A stretch of DNA of 64,000 bases from Piromyces finnis finn. Taxonomy: Eukaryota; Fungi; Neocallimastigomycota. The notes below the pieces were generated by a model. The model was given only the letters and a program-made list of their open reading frames with translations. It searched no databases and was not told where the DNA came from. This document shows, in pieces, positions 23,109-35,712 of this stretch (position 1 is its first letter; every line of letters starts with the position of its first letter). The DNA is taken from NCBI GenBank assembly GCA_002104945.1, contig MCFH01000082.1:62001-126000 (forward strand), given 5' to 3'. The position numbers and the translations under genes are program-made.

Positions 23109-26100
23109 ATGCCAAGTGAAGAAACAACAAGCCAGAGTGATTGGTCGAAAGAAGAATATGATGAAGAAATCGAAAGTGACTTTGAAGATACTGATATTAA
23201 TGAACAGTTCTTTGTATGTGCTAATAAAAGGAAGTTGGATAAAATAAGCAAAGAACAAGATGGTAATAAAGAAAAACGACTTCACAAAAACTTGAAAAAT
23301 GATCCTAGACCTATTCTTACACCTGCTCTTAGGAAACGTAAAGCACAAGAATTAGAAAATATACCAATAGATGTTTCTCCTAAGCAACTGCATCCTTCTA
23401 TTATTGCTCAACCGAATATCAGAGAACAAAAACTAAAAGAAAGAAAACTTCGGGATAAAGAGCGTGCTAGTAGTAGTGAACAAAAGGAAGAAGAAAAGAA
23501 TGAATTGGCAAGTTCTAATGAAGATCCTATTATTATCGACTATGATGAAGAAGAAATGTTGTCTGCAATTACAGATAAGAAAGGTGCTAAGGTGGTAGAG
23601 AAAGATAACACAAGTGAATCAACCAAATCTACTTCTAATTCAACTCTAAATAAATTAATGAAAGAGCAAAAGAAAGAAAAACCTGCAGAATCGAAGGTTA
23701 AGAAAACTGCTAGAAATATTCAAATGATAGCAGATACGGAAGAATATAATGTAGTTAAAGATCTTAACGAAACAAAATGCAATATTACTTTTGGTCAATT
23801 ACTTAACTCGGCTCCAAAGTTACGAACGCAAGTGTCACAAGGTCTTAAACTGGAAAAGAACAACACAAAAATTGTGGGAGCTCTGGAGAATTTTAATGCT
23901 ACTTCGGTATTAGTAAATAATGTAGATCATTCGTATGTAAGCAAAAGTAAAGAAGTATCAGAAGAAGATATCGCTATGGTAGATGCAACGGTTGATGGGG
24001 TACCAGGTAAATTATTAGTTGATTCCTGTAGCAACTTAAGTATTATAACAAAAAAATATTTAGATAAACTTCCCCATCAATATGAATCTATTGGATTGAG
24101 TTGTGGAAGAATACGTTTAGCTACTAAAAATGATGACTATTCGGAAGGCATAATTATTAGAGTACCGGTCCAGATAAATGATCTTACAATCACTGCTGAT
24201 TTTAGAGTGGTGGATAAAGAAGACCCCTTTTATGATATGTTAATTAATTTGAAAACCCAAATGGATAACAACTTATTTATCCACCCACTTCGCTATAGTC
24301 TTTGCAGATTTAATTCAAATGGATTTATTGAAGATATTGCTCCAATTAATAACAAATATGATGATGAAGAAAAGATTATGTGTATGATACGTAGAGTCGG
24401 TGATGAAGATTTTAAAAGTGATTTGAAAAATATTGAAGGTTTACCACCTTCAGAATATATTCACAATAAAAATTTTACTGAGACTCTTAATGAAAAGTAT
24501 CGAGAACAAATTGTTCGGATATTGGAAGAGAATATTGAAATTATTGCTACTTCTTCTGAAGAACTAACACCTTCGAATTTAACTCCCCATAAGATTAATT
24601 TAAAGCCAGGAGCAAAGCCAATTAAACAAAGATCATATAGGTTAGCCAAGTTCAAATCTGATATACTTAAGGAAGAATTGTCTAAATTGATTAATAAAAA
24701 GCTAATTGAGCCATCGTACTCGGAATGGTCTTCTCCGGTGGTTTTGGTCCCGAAGCATAATGGGAAATGGAGAATGTGCGTGGACTATCGAAGAGTTAAT
24801 GATTTGTCTGAAAAGGATGCCTATTCAATTCCTTTTATAGATGAGATATTTGATAGTTTACATGGTGCAACTATATTCACTACTATGGACTTATATTCCG
24901 GCTATCATCAAATCCGTATGGATGAAGAAAGCGTTGAATTGACAAGTTTTACAACTAAGTTTGGAAATTACCAATTCAAGGTTATGCCTTTTGGTCTCAC
25001 TGGAGCACCCGCTACATTTCAGAGGGAGATGAATCGGATTCTGTTTCCGTTAATTGGAAAGTGTGTTTATAACTTCATTGATGATATTCTGATCTATTCA
25101 AAGAGTATTGAAGAACATATTGAACATATAAATCAAGTTTTAGCAATTTTCCGGAAAAACAAACTAAAAATCAATATTGAAAAATGTCATTTTATGCAAA
25201 CTGAAGTTGACGTGTTAGGCCATCGTTTAACTACAGAAGGTCTTAAACCATTAGATAACAAAATCCAAGCTATAAAAAATTGGAAGCCTCCTTCGAATAT
25301 CCATGAATTAAGATCATTCCTAGGTTCAATTGGATATTATAGAGATTTTATTCCTAATTATGCTAAACTTACTGCTCCCTTGTGTAAGCTGCTTAGAAAA
25401 GGTGTTCCTTTCAAATGGTGTAATGAACAACAAGAGAGTTTTATTATATTGAAAGAAAAGTTAATTAATGCGCCTATTCTGAAATTCCCTGATTTTGAGA
25501 AAGAATTTATAATCCGAACAGATGCATCGTATGAAGGAATCGGAGGAGTATTATTACAAAAGGAAGGCACAGATATTGAACATCCAATTCATTATATTAG
25601 CCGAAGTCTGACGAAAGCAGAAAAAAATTATGGAATTACTGACTTGGAAGGGACTGCCTTATTTTACTGCATTACTAAATTAAAGCCTTATATAATGGGA
25701 AGTCCATTCAAGACTATCGTCTATACTGATCATAAACCATTAATTGGATTATTTAAAAATAAGGAGCCAAACAATGCAAGACAAACAAGATGGTGTTTAA
25801 CAGCTAGTATGCTAGGAGTTGATATTCGTTATGAACAAGGTAAAAAGAATGTTGTAGCAGATGCACTGTCTCGAATGAGAAATGACAAAGATAAGGAAGT
25901 GTTAGCTACTAAAATTAATAAAGGTATAGAAGAAACCATGCTATCTAAGGTAATTAAAGAATTTGTTGAAGAAAAGTTCACCAAAATAGATGGGGTGGAT
26001 TACTTTATTGATGGAAGGAATTATCGAAAACTGATCACGGAAACCAATGAAAAGCTGAAATTGATTTTGGAAGCTCATAACATTGGACATGAAGGATATT

Positions 26101-27095
26101 ATAAAACTTATCAACGTCTGAGAAAAAGCTATTATTGGAACGACATGGTTAATGATATTCGAAGAGTTGTAGCCAAATGTGAAAAATGCCAACTTAATCG
26201 CCCTCAACCATATCCAGAACCTACGGAAAATCTTCCAACTGAGGTTGAAGCTCCTTTCACTCATCTGGGTTTAGATATCATTGGTCCATTGGTAAAAACT
26301 CGTAACAATAACCAATATATTATAGTTGCAGTGGATCATTTCACAAAATGGGTCGAAGCAGAACCCACCGAAAATATCACTTCAAAGGATGTCATAAAAT
26401 TTTTAATCAATGTTTTCTCTCGGCATGGAGTACCACAAGTCATTACAACCGATAACGGTGTCCAATTTACCTCAGATATGACCAAAGTTTTCCTGGACTT
26501 ATATGATGTCTATGTCAAGTTTGTCTCAACTTATCATCCTGAAAGTAATGGTTTGACTGAAAATAGAAACAAAGAAATTGGAAAGCTTCTAAGACTGCTT
26601 GGAAAAGAAAACAAGGATTGGGATGAAATTTTGCCTTCTGCTCTTTGGGCGCTCAGAACTACTAAAAATACTGTCACAAACCATTCTAGTTTTGAATTGG
26701 TTTATGGAAGAGAAGATCAGCAACCCTTTGATATTGCCGCCAGACCTACTAAGGGTATTAATCAGTCTTCGGATGAAATCTTACTTGAGAAGTTTATTAA
26801 TCATTACAGGTGGACGTTGGAAGCTTGTGAAAATATTAAAAATGCGAATAAATACTGGGCTACTAGAAGGGAAGAAAAACAAAGTATGACTAAGGGCAAA
26901 AATATCCATATCGGTGATCTAGTATTAGTTAGAAATTTTAATCGAACGAAGTTAGAGCCTTATTTCGTTGGACCACTCAAAGTTGTCAAGAAACAATTCA
27001 ATACTGTTACTTTAGCTGATATATCCACTGGAATTCAGATGAACCGAAATGTTCATCTTAAGAATATTGTAAAGTTTAACTCTGCTTTTGCGTAA
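23109..27095 (+). CDS. pol: Element A Pol (PR-RT-RH-IN)
   Basis: LLVDSCS protease, YNFIDD RT, RTDAS/YTDH RNase H, HHCC and DDE integrase; no chromodomain. Confidence 0.95.
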   Translation: MPSEETTSQSDWSKEEYDEEIESDFEDTDINEQFFVCANKRKLDKISKEQDGNKEKRLHKNLKNDPRPILTPALRKRKAQELENIPIDVSPKQLHPSIIAQPNIREQKLKERKLRDKERASSSEQKEEEKNELASSNEDPIIIDYDEEEMLSAITDKKGAKVVEKDNTSESTKSTSNSTLNKLMKEQKKEKPAESKVKKTARNIQMIADTEEYNVVKDLNETKCNITFGQLLNSAPKLRTQVSQGLKLEKNNTKIVGALENFNATSVLVNNVDHSYVSKSKEVSEEDIAMVDATVDGVPGKLLVDSCSNLSIITKKYLDKLPHQYESIGLSCGRIRLATKNDDYSEGIIIRVPVQINDLTITADFRVVDKEDPFYDMLINLKTQMDNNLFIHPLRYSLCRFNSNGFIEDIAPINNKYDDEEKIMCMIRRVGDEDFKSDLKNIEGLPPSEYIHNKNFTETLNEKYREQIVRILEENIEIIATSSEELTPSNLTPHKINLKPGAKPIKQRSYRLAKFKSDILKEELSKLINKKLIEPSYSEWSSPVVLVPKHNGKWRMCVDYRRVNDLSEKDAYSIPFIDEIFDSLHGATIFTTMDLYSGYHQIRMDEESVELTSFTTKFGNYQFKVMPFGLTGAPATFQREMNRILFPLIGKCVYNFIDDILIYSKSIEEHIEHINQVLAIFRKNKLKINIEKCHFMQTEVDVLGHRLTTEGLKPLDNKIQAIKNWKPPSNIHELRSFLGSIGYYRDFIPNYAKLTAPLCKLLRKGVPFKWCNEQQESFIILKEKLINAPILKFPDFEKEFIIRTDASYEGIGGVLLQKEGTDIEHPIHYISRSLTKAEKNYGITDLEGTALFYCITKLKPYIMGSPFKTIVYTDHKPLIGLFKNKEPNNARQTRWCLTASMLGVDIRYEQGKKNVVADALSRMRNDKDKEVLATKINKGIEETMLSKVIKEFVEEKFTKIDGVDYFIDGRNYRKLITETNEKLKLILEAHNIGHEGYYKTYQRLRKSYYWNDMVNDIRRVVAKCEKCQLNRPQPYPEPTENLPTEVEAPFTHLGLDIIGPLVKTRNNNQYIIVAVDHFTKWVEAEPTENITSKDVIKFLINVFSRHGVPQVITTDNGVQFTSDMTKVFLDLYDVYVKFVSTYHPESNGLTENRNKEIGKLLRLLGKENKDWDEILPSALWALRTTKNTVTNHSSFELVYGREDQQPFDIAARPTKGINQSSDEILLEKFINHYRWTLEACENIKNANKYWATRREEKQSMTKGKNIHIGDLVLVRNFNRTKLEPYFVGPLKVVKKQFNTVTLADISTGIQMNRNVHLKNIVKFNSAFA

Positions 27096-27118
27096 GCAAG
27101 AGTCTTCGTGGGGGCACT

Positions 27119-27828
27119 TGTTAAGGAACCAACAAATAATGTTATTCTTGTCATAATTAATGATTATGACCTAATCCATTCATTATTGTTCCTAAATGTA
27201 TGAAAACTTTACAATATTCTTATTTGTAAATTAATGTATACACTTAAATTATATTTAAAATTATTAATAATTATTTTTTATTGAACTTAAATTTTATTTT
27301 ATTAAACTTAAAAATTAATTTAGTAATAATAATATATTGAAAATTATAGTTTATTGAACTTTTAGTTTAATTTATCAAGTTAATGAATTTTTATTAATTA
27401 AAATTATGAATAATATTTCTGTAAAATAGTAAAATTTTTTAGTTAAATATATTTAAAGTAAACTTTTAATGTATGTTAATCAATTTAATAATATGTATAA
27501 ATATTTATTATAATAGTAATGTAATTTTATTATTCATTTAAAAGTAATTTAAATACTAAAATTATGTAAATAATTAAAGACTAATTCTTTTAATTAACAC
27601 TACTTAATTTTTTACAAAAAGTATAAAAAGGTGTATATTATAAGAATTAGAGAATATACAGATATTTTTATTTTTATTTTTATTTTATTTTATAATTTTA
27701 TATTAATATCTTAATAAAACAATTTTATTAATAAAACAATTTTTCTTATTTCATTTTAATATTATTTTTGAGTATTAATAAATTTATTAATATTTTATAA
27801 ATAAAAGTAAATTCCTCGAACCGTAACA
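27119..27828 (+). repeat. Element A 3' LTR
   Basis: Direct repeat of 19926-20635, preceded by the PPT. Confidence 0.95.
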
Positions 27829-27832
27829 AAAT

Positions 27833-28974
27833 TGATACGCTACTCACATAAAAACATGATAAAAACTAGCTGAATAAACACGACTTAACCCATAGTAACT
27901 TATAATAAAAATAAACAGTAATAACCCTTAAAGATGAATGAATAATAATTTTATGAAAATATAACCCTTTCTTTAAATAAATAATATTATCTTTATTATA
28001 TAATAAATTCTGAGTAAAAACGACCTAATAGTGATAATAATAAAATAAATTATTAAATAAAATAAATTATTAAATAAAATAAATTATTAAATAAAATAAA
28101 ACGACTTAATCCAATAATGTACTAAAATAATAAAATAATAATAAATAAATAAAAATGAATAAATAAACTAAAAATAAAATGATATACATCAAATTATTAA
28201 TTCTAGTGTTTATCCAAGTGTTCTTTAGAAATACTCTTAAACTTATAAATTAAAAAAATAACTAATTGAGTAATTATTACTAAAATGATAAACTTAAAAC
28301 CTGGAAATAGAACAATAATAACAATTCCAAAGATAAAATACAGAACTCTTTTATGTTTCTGTATAAAATGAGTGTTTATAATAATTGATACTTTTAATAT
28401 TTTAATTTTGTTAAATTTTTATTTTAATTTTATTTTAATTTTATTTTAATATTATTTTAATTTTAAATTTTAATTATTTTATTCGAGGTATTATACATTT
28501 AATGATAGTCAATGATAATTTATAATAATTTTTCTAAATTTAAACATTTTGAAGTAATAAGAAAATCAAATAAGTAATATTCTATAATATTTTATAATAC
28601 TAAGACATAATTTTAATTTATTCTTTTAATTTTAATAAATAATAACAATAGTAATAATAACATTTAATAGTTAAAAATAATAATACATGTAATAAATGAA
28701 AATGTATAAAAGGAAGATAAAATTCTTCTTTATAAAGGCGGACAATAAATAGAGAATAAAAAGACCATAAACAGATAATAAATAAATTATAAAATATAAT
28801 AAAGATTTAATTTAAAACATAATAAGAGTTTATTTTCGAGTTTTGAGTGATTTATTTGTTAATTATAAAACATATTTTATTTTATTTTAAATTTATTGTT
28901 TCATCATTATAATATAGAATTTATTATTTATTAAAAACATTATATTATTCACAAATATATCGGTCAACGCATCA
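27833..28974 (+). repeat. Element B 5' LTR (1142 bp)
   Basis: TGATACGC...CGCATCA; three copies of a 17-bp internal unit. Confidence 0.9.
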
Positions 28975-28982
28975 TAAAATTT

Positions 28983-28999
28983 TGGTGGAGAATCCGGGC
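28983..28999 (+). promoter_or_regulatory. Element B PBS (tRNA-Ala)
   Basis: TGGTGGAGAATCCGGGC. Confidence 0.8.
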
Positions 29000-29115
29000 G
29001 TGACCAAAGATATGAAAAAGAATAATATTAATAATAATACTAATAAATTCTAAAATATTAAGCGTTTATAAAAAAAACAGTTTACACTTAATTTAATTTT
29101 ATTATATATTCTTCT

Positions 29116-29148
<33 letters not shown>

Positions 29149-29670
29149 TTTAATTATATATATAAAAGGAAATATATATAATTTTAAAATTATAAAAATT
29201 TTAATATTTCTAAAAAGGGTATTTAAGAAATTAAAAACTAAGTGATTAATAATTAGTCATATACGTTACACAAGGAAGAAAATTTCTATAATTCCTATAA
29301 TCGTTTCCGTTCTTATTATTAATAAGGATAACTTAATCCATTCAGTTAGTTTGTTATATTTCTGATCTATCCAGGGGATCAGTGTGATAGTAAAAACTAG
29401 GAAAAAAAGTTAATCCTTCTCAGCAGTTAATAATAAGATCATAATTTGAATTAAATATACAATTTTTATTTCTTAATTAAGAGAATAAATTAATTCACCA
29501 GTGCTTATTTGTAGAGGCGGCTGTTGAATGAAAAACTTCTTAGCTTAAGGCTACCTACATATTAAGCGAATAATTTATTTCAATATTCTTAATTATTGAC
29601 TAAAAATTTTTTAATTTAAATTATAACAACAAAAAAAAAATAGTAAGTATATATTGGTTGTTGTTATATA

Positions 29671-29915
29671 ATAGACTGAGTTCGAAATATAGCAATAATT
29701 AAAGCAATTATTATTTAGAGAGTAAGGCGGGTACACACTCAGCAAGAGGGAGTAGGTATACTAGACAGCCTTTATTTGATTCTCAAGTAAGAGAGTAGCA
29801 AGTTCGGCTGAAAATCCTGAGTAAGGAGCAGAACTTTGGAAGTGAAAATTTATCATTTAAAGGTGGGGGTTTAGTAGGGATCCGAAAGTCTTTATAGTCA
29901 CTGTGCCTCGGGTGC
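29671..29915 (+). ncRNA. Structured RNA module 2 homolog in the element B leader
   Basis: GC-enriched island with motifs collinear to 21640-21784; stems actcag/ctgagt and cagcc/ggctg. Confidence 0.5.
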
Positions 29916-30008
29916 CTAAAAATAAATAAATAATTGTAACAATATATATAAACTATTATAATTAAATTAAATAAAAAAAAATATACATATTCTTATAAAT
30001 TCCTAATT

Positions 30009-30043
<35 letters not shown>

Positions 30044-30367
30044 ATTCTTTCATTCTTCCTTGATCATTTAAAATTGAGAGTTAATAAATTGCATTTAAAT
30101 TTATAATTAGATATTATTCCGTAAAGCTTCTATTATTCCTGACTAATAATAATAATATAATATACTTTCTATAAAATACTTCTCTGATCTGATCTCATTC
30201 AATATTAAATTTCATTTATTTATATAATTTTTATAATTTATATAATCCATATAATATATATAATTTATACAATATATATATAGATTTCTGTTGTATTACT
30301 TATTTTTTATTCTTTTATTTTTCTTTAATATACTTCTCAATTTCTAAATAATTTTCTTTAATTTTTT

Positions 30368-30404
<37 letters not shown>

Positions 30405-30636
30405 ATAAATTTTATATTATTTTATACTTTATCAATTTATCAATTATTTATATATTCAATTCTTTTCATTTTTAATTTTATAAATATTATTAATATTATT
30501 ATATTATTAAAGTTCAAAACACATATATATATATAATATATAAATTCCAATTATTTTCTTTATTATCATTTATTTCAAATTAAATTATTCTTTTATTTTA
30601 ATTATTTTACCTTATAAGAAATTTATATATACAAAA

Positions 30637-31848
30637 ATGAAGATCAGTGAAATCACTAAAATGCTACCTAGAATTGGTAGTCAAGATAGGGATATCGAAA
30701 GCTGGGCTGAAGAATTCAGCAGAGTTATGGACCTATCTGACATCAATGATCCCAAAAAGATATTCGCTTGGGCAAAGGAATGTGTCCAAGGTAGATTAAA
30801 AGGAATTATTGATGACTTAAAAACAGAAAGTGATACTGGAACAAATTATCCTAGTATCGAAGATATTAAAGAGGCTATTGAAGAATACTTAGAAATCACG
30901 CCTCAAGAAAAATGCTTCAATGTTAAGTCTCTAAAAATTAGAAGAGGAGAAAGTATTAAGGATTTCAACTGGAGATACGGAAACTTATATAAAAATCTTA
31001 ATGTTGGATCCCAACTATTCATTACTGTTAAAGATTATACTAATTCCATCATTTCTCGTCCTTTCATTAGAACTCAAGTAATCACTGCCCAACCTAAAGA
31101 TATAGAAGCTGCTTTTAAGGTTGCCGAATTAGCTGAATCAGCAACTGAAGTTCCTCAGTATCATAATGTTAATATGTTTACGGACAGCCAACCTTACTTT
31201 GATCCATATCAAAACCAAAATTATAATCTATTTACTCAACATAGTGGTGGAACTAACTATAATTATTATAATAATAATGATAGTCCATATACTTATAATG
31301 GATATTATAATAATAACTATAATAATAATAACTATAATAATAATTATGATAATAATAATAATTATAATAATTATAATATGCGATTCAATGGAAACTATAA
31401 TATAAGAAATCAACGTTTTAACAAAAGGAATAATTACAGAAATAATTACCCAAATAATTTCAATACTAATAATTATAATAATTATAATAATAATTATAAT
31501 AACTATCAAGGTGATCAAAATGCATATAATAATGGTTATAATAAATACCCTAATAATTCTAATACATTTAGTAACAATAATTATTCCAATATGGAAGAAA
31601 ATAAATCATATCAAAATTCTAATAATTATTCTAATAATGCTAATAAAATGAATACTACTACTAATAAAGTTAATCAAACCACACCTCAAAGTCAAGTGAA
31701 TATGTTTAACCAGTCTCAAAGAAATAAATGCTTCAGATGTCAACAAGTAGGCCACAAAATGCAAGATTGCAAATATACGTTCCAAGAACTTGCAGAAATG
31801 GAAAAACAAGGCCTTATAAACTCTAATCAAAATCATTTAAACTTATGA
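30637..31848 (+). CDS. gag: Element B Gag with an N/Y/Q-rich region and CCHC knuckle
   Basis: 403 aa; CFRCQQVGHKMQDC; N-terminus resembles A Gag (RDIESWA vs LDIRSWA; IRRGESIKDFN vs IRRNESVKDFN). Confidence 0.9.
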   Translation: MKISEITKMLPRIGSQDRDIESWAEEFSRVMDLSDINDPKKIFAWAKECVQGRLKGIIDDLKTESDTGTNYPSIEDIKEAIEEYLEITPQEKCFNVKSLKIRRGESIKDFNWRYGNLYKNLNVGSQLFITVKDYTNSIISRPFIRTQVITAQPKDIEAAFKVAELAESATEVPQYHNVNMFTDSQPYFDPYQNQNYNLFTQHSGGTNYNYYNNNDSPYTYNGYYNNNYNNNNYNNNYDNNNNYNNYNMRFNGNYNIRNQRFNKRNNYRNNYPNNFNTNNYNNYNNNYNNYQGDQNAYNNGYNKYPNNSNTFSNNNYSNMEENKSYQNSNNYSNNANKMNTTTNKVNQTTPQSQVNMFNQSQRNKCFRCQQVGHKMQDCKYTFQELAEMEKQGLINSNQNHLNL

Positions 31849-31869
31849 GTGGGAGAAGGAATACTCCCA
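31836..31869 (+). promoter_or_regulatory. -1 ribosomal frameshift signal of element B
   Basis: T TTA AAC (31836-31842), then stem TGGGAG (31850-55)/CTCCCA (31864-69); pol is in the -1 frame. Confidence 0.8.
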
Positions 31870-34426
31870 TAAATCAAACCAATACTACTTTTGCTACAAT
31901 ATCAGTACCAGTAAATGAAGAAATTACTATTCCAGTAATAAGAAAAGCTAAAAAGAATACTGATATTAAACCATATAAAAGAACTACCAAAGAAAAATTA
32001 AGTGATAATCCACAACCAATTAGAGTTCCAAGTAATGAGACTAGAGAACCATTAAATAATACTTATGAAGATATAATTGACGTTCCAAATAATGAAGTAG
32101 AAATGGAGACTGTAATTGAAAATGAAAATAATAATAATAATAATAATAATCTTAATAATAATTATAATAATAATATTAATAATAATATGAGTATGAATAA
32201 TGACACTAATATAAATAATAATGAAAGTAATAAAATAGATAATAACATTAATGATAATAATATTAATAATAACACTAATTCAACAGAAGCATTAAAACAA
32301 TTAGATCCTTCATTCATTAATCAACCCACTATAGATAAAGCTAAACGAAATAATAAAAAAGAACGAGAAAAGGAAATAATTGAACTAGCAAAAGAGATTG
32401 AACTTCCGAGTCAAAAGGAAAAAAATGTATCAAATGAAAAAGGAACAAAAAGATTAGTTATTTCAGCAGATCAAGAAAAATATAATATAACTAAAGATAT
32501 AGGTGAAAAATTTGCAAATATAACAATAGGCCAACTACTCGAAATTAGTCCTAAATTGAAAACGGAACTTTCAAAAGCACTAAAATTTACTAAAATTATT
32601 GAAGATGAATCTACAATTCTTTCTACCATAAGAAAAGATAAAGTCGTGAAATCAAAATGTAAAATAGAAGGAATAGAAACTACTGTATATTTGGACTCTT
32701 GTTCATCTATAAATATGATTACTAGAAGATTCTTATTAGAAAATAATATTCCATTAAAACCAGTTTCAAAAATTAGAGAAACTTTATATCAAGCTTATTC
32801 CAATACTACTATTGAGTCGCATCTATATGAAATTGAAATTACTATTGGTAATATAACATCTAAAGAAATATTTAGACTTATTGAAAAAGAAGATATATTC
32901 CAGGTCTTAATTGGTGTAGAAACTTTAGCTAATATGAAATTAATTATGGACTTTTCTGATCATACTTTATATCAGAAAACTGATGATATTCACAAAATTG
33001 GATCTTTTGAAAGTATTAATGAAATGAATCAAACTAATTTAATAGAAGAATTTGATGAAGAAATTAATCAAGATGCATTAATATATTACTTAACTAGTCA
33101 GAATGATAAATATCAAGATTTAGAAATTAAAACTACTAGTGATTCTAAATTACAGCTTATTAATAAAATAGTTGATGAAACACAAAAAGAAGCAAAAGAC
33201 CAACTGAAGAATCTTTTAATAACTAATATAGATGTTTTAGCTAATGATACTGATGATTTGGGTAAATCAAAATTATTAGCTCATGAAATTAAATTAAATC
33301 AAGATGATCCTATTAAACAGAAAATGTATCGTATTTCTAATAAAGAACATATGGAAATTCTAAAAGAAGAAATAGGAAAGCTTTTAAAGAATGATTTAAT
33401 AGAACCATCACAATCATCTTGGTCTTCTCCAGTTTTATTAGTACCAAAAAAGAATGGAAAATGGAGGATGTGTGTAGATTATAGAAAATTAAATTCTATA
33501 ACAATAAAAGATTCATATCCACTTCCATACATCGAAGAAATATTATTTTCTATTGGTAATAATGTAAAATATTTATCTACATTAGATTTATTCTCTGGTT
33601 TTCATCAAATACCAATGAAAAAAGAAGATATTGATAAAACATGTTTTACAACAATATTTGGAAATTATAATTACAAAGTAATGCCTTTTGGTTTATGTAA
33701 TGCTCCAGCAACCTTTCAAAGAGAAATGAACCGTATATTTCTACCACTTATTGGAAAATGTTTATTTGTTTATATGGATGACCTTTTAGTATTTTCTCCA
33801 AGTCTTGAACAACATATATTAGATCTTCAAAAGGTTTTTAATATAATAAAAGAAAATGGTATAAAAGCAAATCTTTCTAAATGTCATTTCTTAAAACAAG
33901 AAGTAGAGGTCCTTGGTCATATTCTATCAGTAGAAGGTGTCAAACCAGTTGAAAAGAAAATTGAAACTATTAAAAATTGGAAGTCACCAACAAACCTTAC
34001 ACAGCTAAGATCATTTTTAGGAGCTATAGGATATTACAGGAAGTTTATAAAAGATTTTGCCCAAATTGCTCATCCATTATTTAAATTATTAAAAAAGGGT
34101 ATGAAATTTGAATGGACATCTGAAACTGAAGAAAGTTTCCAAATACTAAAAGAAAGACTGATTAAGTCTCCTATTTTAAAATATCCTGACTATGATAAAA
34201 ATTTTATTATAAGAACTGATGCATCACTTAATGGTATTGGTGGTGTATTACTTCAAAAAGATGAAAATAATGTTGAATATCCAATTCATTATGTTAGTAG
34301 GTCTTTAAATGATAGTGAAATTAATTATAGTATAACTGACTTAGAAGGAACCGCAGCTTTTTATTGTTGTATGAAATTTAAATCTTATATAAGTGGGAAT
34401 AAAGAAGAAACGATATTATATACTGA
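31845..34426 (+). pseudogene. pol: Element B pol, 5' part (PR, RT, RNase H), interrupted by D
   Basis: YLDSCS, VYMDD, RTDAS; breaks at ILYTD and resumes as HKPLVGLF at 59789. Confidence 0.92.
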
Positions 34427-34436
34427 TGTAACGAAT

Positions 34437-35375
34437 TGTAAGAAATATTAATTATTCATAATTGAATAATTATTATTTCTTATTATTTAATACAAATTTA
34501 TTTAAATTATTATTTTCTATACATTCAACTATTACTAATAATTTATTAAATTATTTAATATTTCATTCATTTAGTTAATACTTATGATTTACTTAAAATA
34601 TTAATTTTATATACACTTATATAAAATATAAAATTTATTTACTTGCTATATTATATATTTAATTAACTTTATAAATTTATTTAATTATTAATTTTTATGT
34701 ACATTTAATTAATATAAATAATTTATTTACTTATTATTTATCTTATACATTTAATTTTGACTAACTATATTCATTACACTTATTGTTTTAAATTATGTAT
34801 TAATTATATTTTATGTATTGTATTAAGCACGGATAAAATAGGAATCGGAATTTTAAGGTTTTCCCGATTTCGCTTTAAAGAAGCATTCGGTTTTACTTAA
34901 AATTACACGAAGATCAATATGACTAGAATATTGATCGAAAATCATGTTTAGGTTTTTCTTCTAGTCTTTTCCTAAACATTTTATTTGTTAAGATTAGAAC
35001 CCGTTTATTTAACCTTATTTTTTAATAAAATTATAAATAAAACACTCTTGAAATTCCTTAGAAATTCAAGAGTTATTATTATAAAGGAATACGTTATAAT
35101 AAATAACATAAATACATTTTTCTTTTTAATTAAATAAAATATCCTTCTAATAAATCAGTAATTTAAAAAAAAAAAACTTACGACCCATTTGACTCTTTGT
35201 GTTTGGTTGTTTATTATAAATCTTTATAATAAACTCGATAAGTTTTATTTTTACTTTCTATTTTCTATTCTAATTTGTTCAATACTTCTTATTTCCGCAT
35301 AATAATACTACAATATTATTCGTTAATATTATTGTAGATAGTAATTTCTGTAAACAATAATAAGAAATTACTACA
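34437..35375 (+). repeat. Element C 5' LTR
   Basis: TGTAAGAAAT...ATTACTACA; TATAAATA at 35032. Confidence 0.95.
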
Positions 35376-35387
35376 ATAATAACTCTT
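35376..35387 (+). promoter_or_regulatory. Element C self-priming PBS
   Basis: ATAATAACTCTT is the exact complement of LTR 35068-35079 (AAGAGTTATTAT). Confidence 0.8.
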
Positions 35388-35549
35388 CTCGTATTTTGTT
35401 TAATTGGACAACAATAATATTAATACATTGATACATTAAACATATTACAAAACAATATATATATAAAAAAAAAAAAAAAAATTTACCAATCAAAAAAAAA
35501 AAAATTTTTATAAAAAAAAAAAAAATTTCACCAATCAAAAGTTTTTTTT

Positions 35550-35580
<31 letters not shown>

Positions 35581-35712
35581 GATAATAAAACAGTTTAACA
35601 AAGGAAAAAAGTCATTTATAATTTTTTTTACTATTAAATATTATTGACATACATAATTAAGACTAATTTTTTTTTTCTTTTTCATATATATTGTATATAT
35701 AAACTAAATAAT

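Larger units (their letters stand above)
19926..27828 (+). mobile_element. Ty3/gypsy LTR retrotransposon A (full length, tRNA-Ala primed, no chromodomain)
   Basis: 710-bp LTRs (TG...CA), 4-bp TSD AAAT (19922-19925 and 27829-27832), PBS, PPT GTGGGGG, intact gag and pol. Confidence 0.95.

Noticed and set aside
31166-31836. Ile-rich short ORFs overlapping B gag
   Set aside because: Alternative-frame readings of AAT/TAT repeats.
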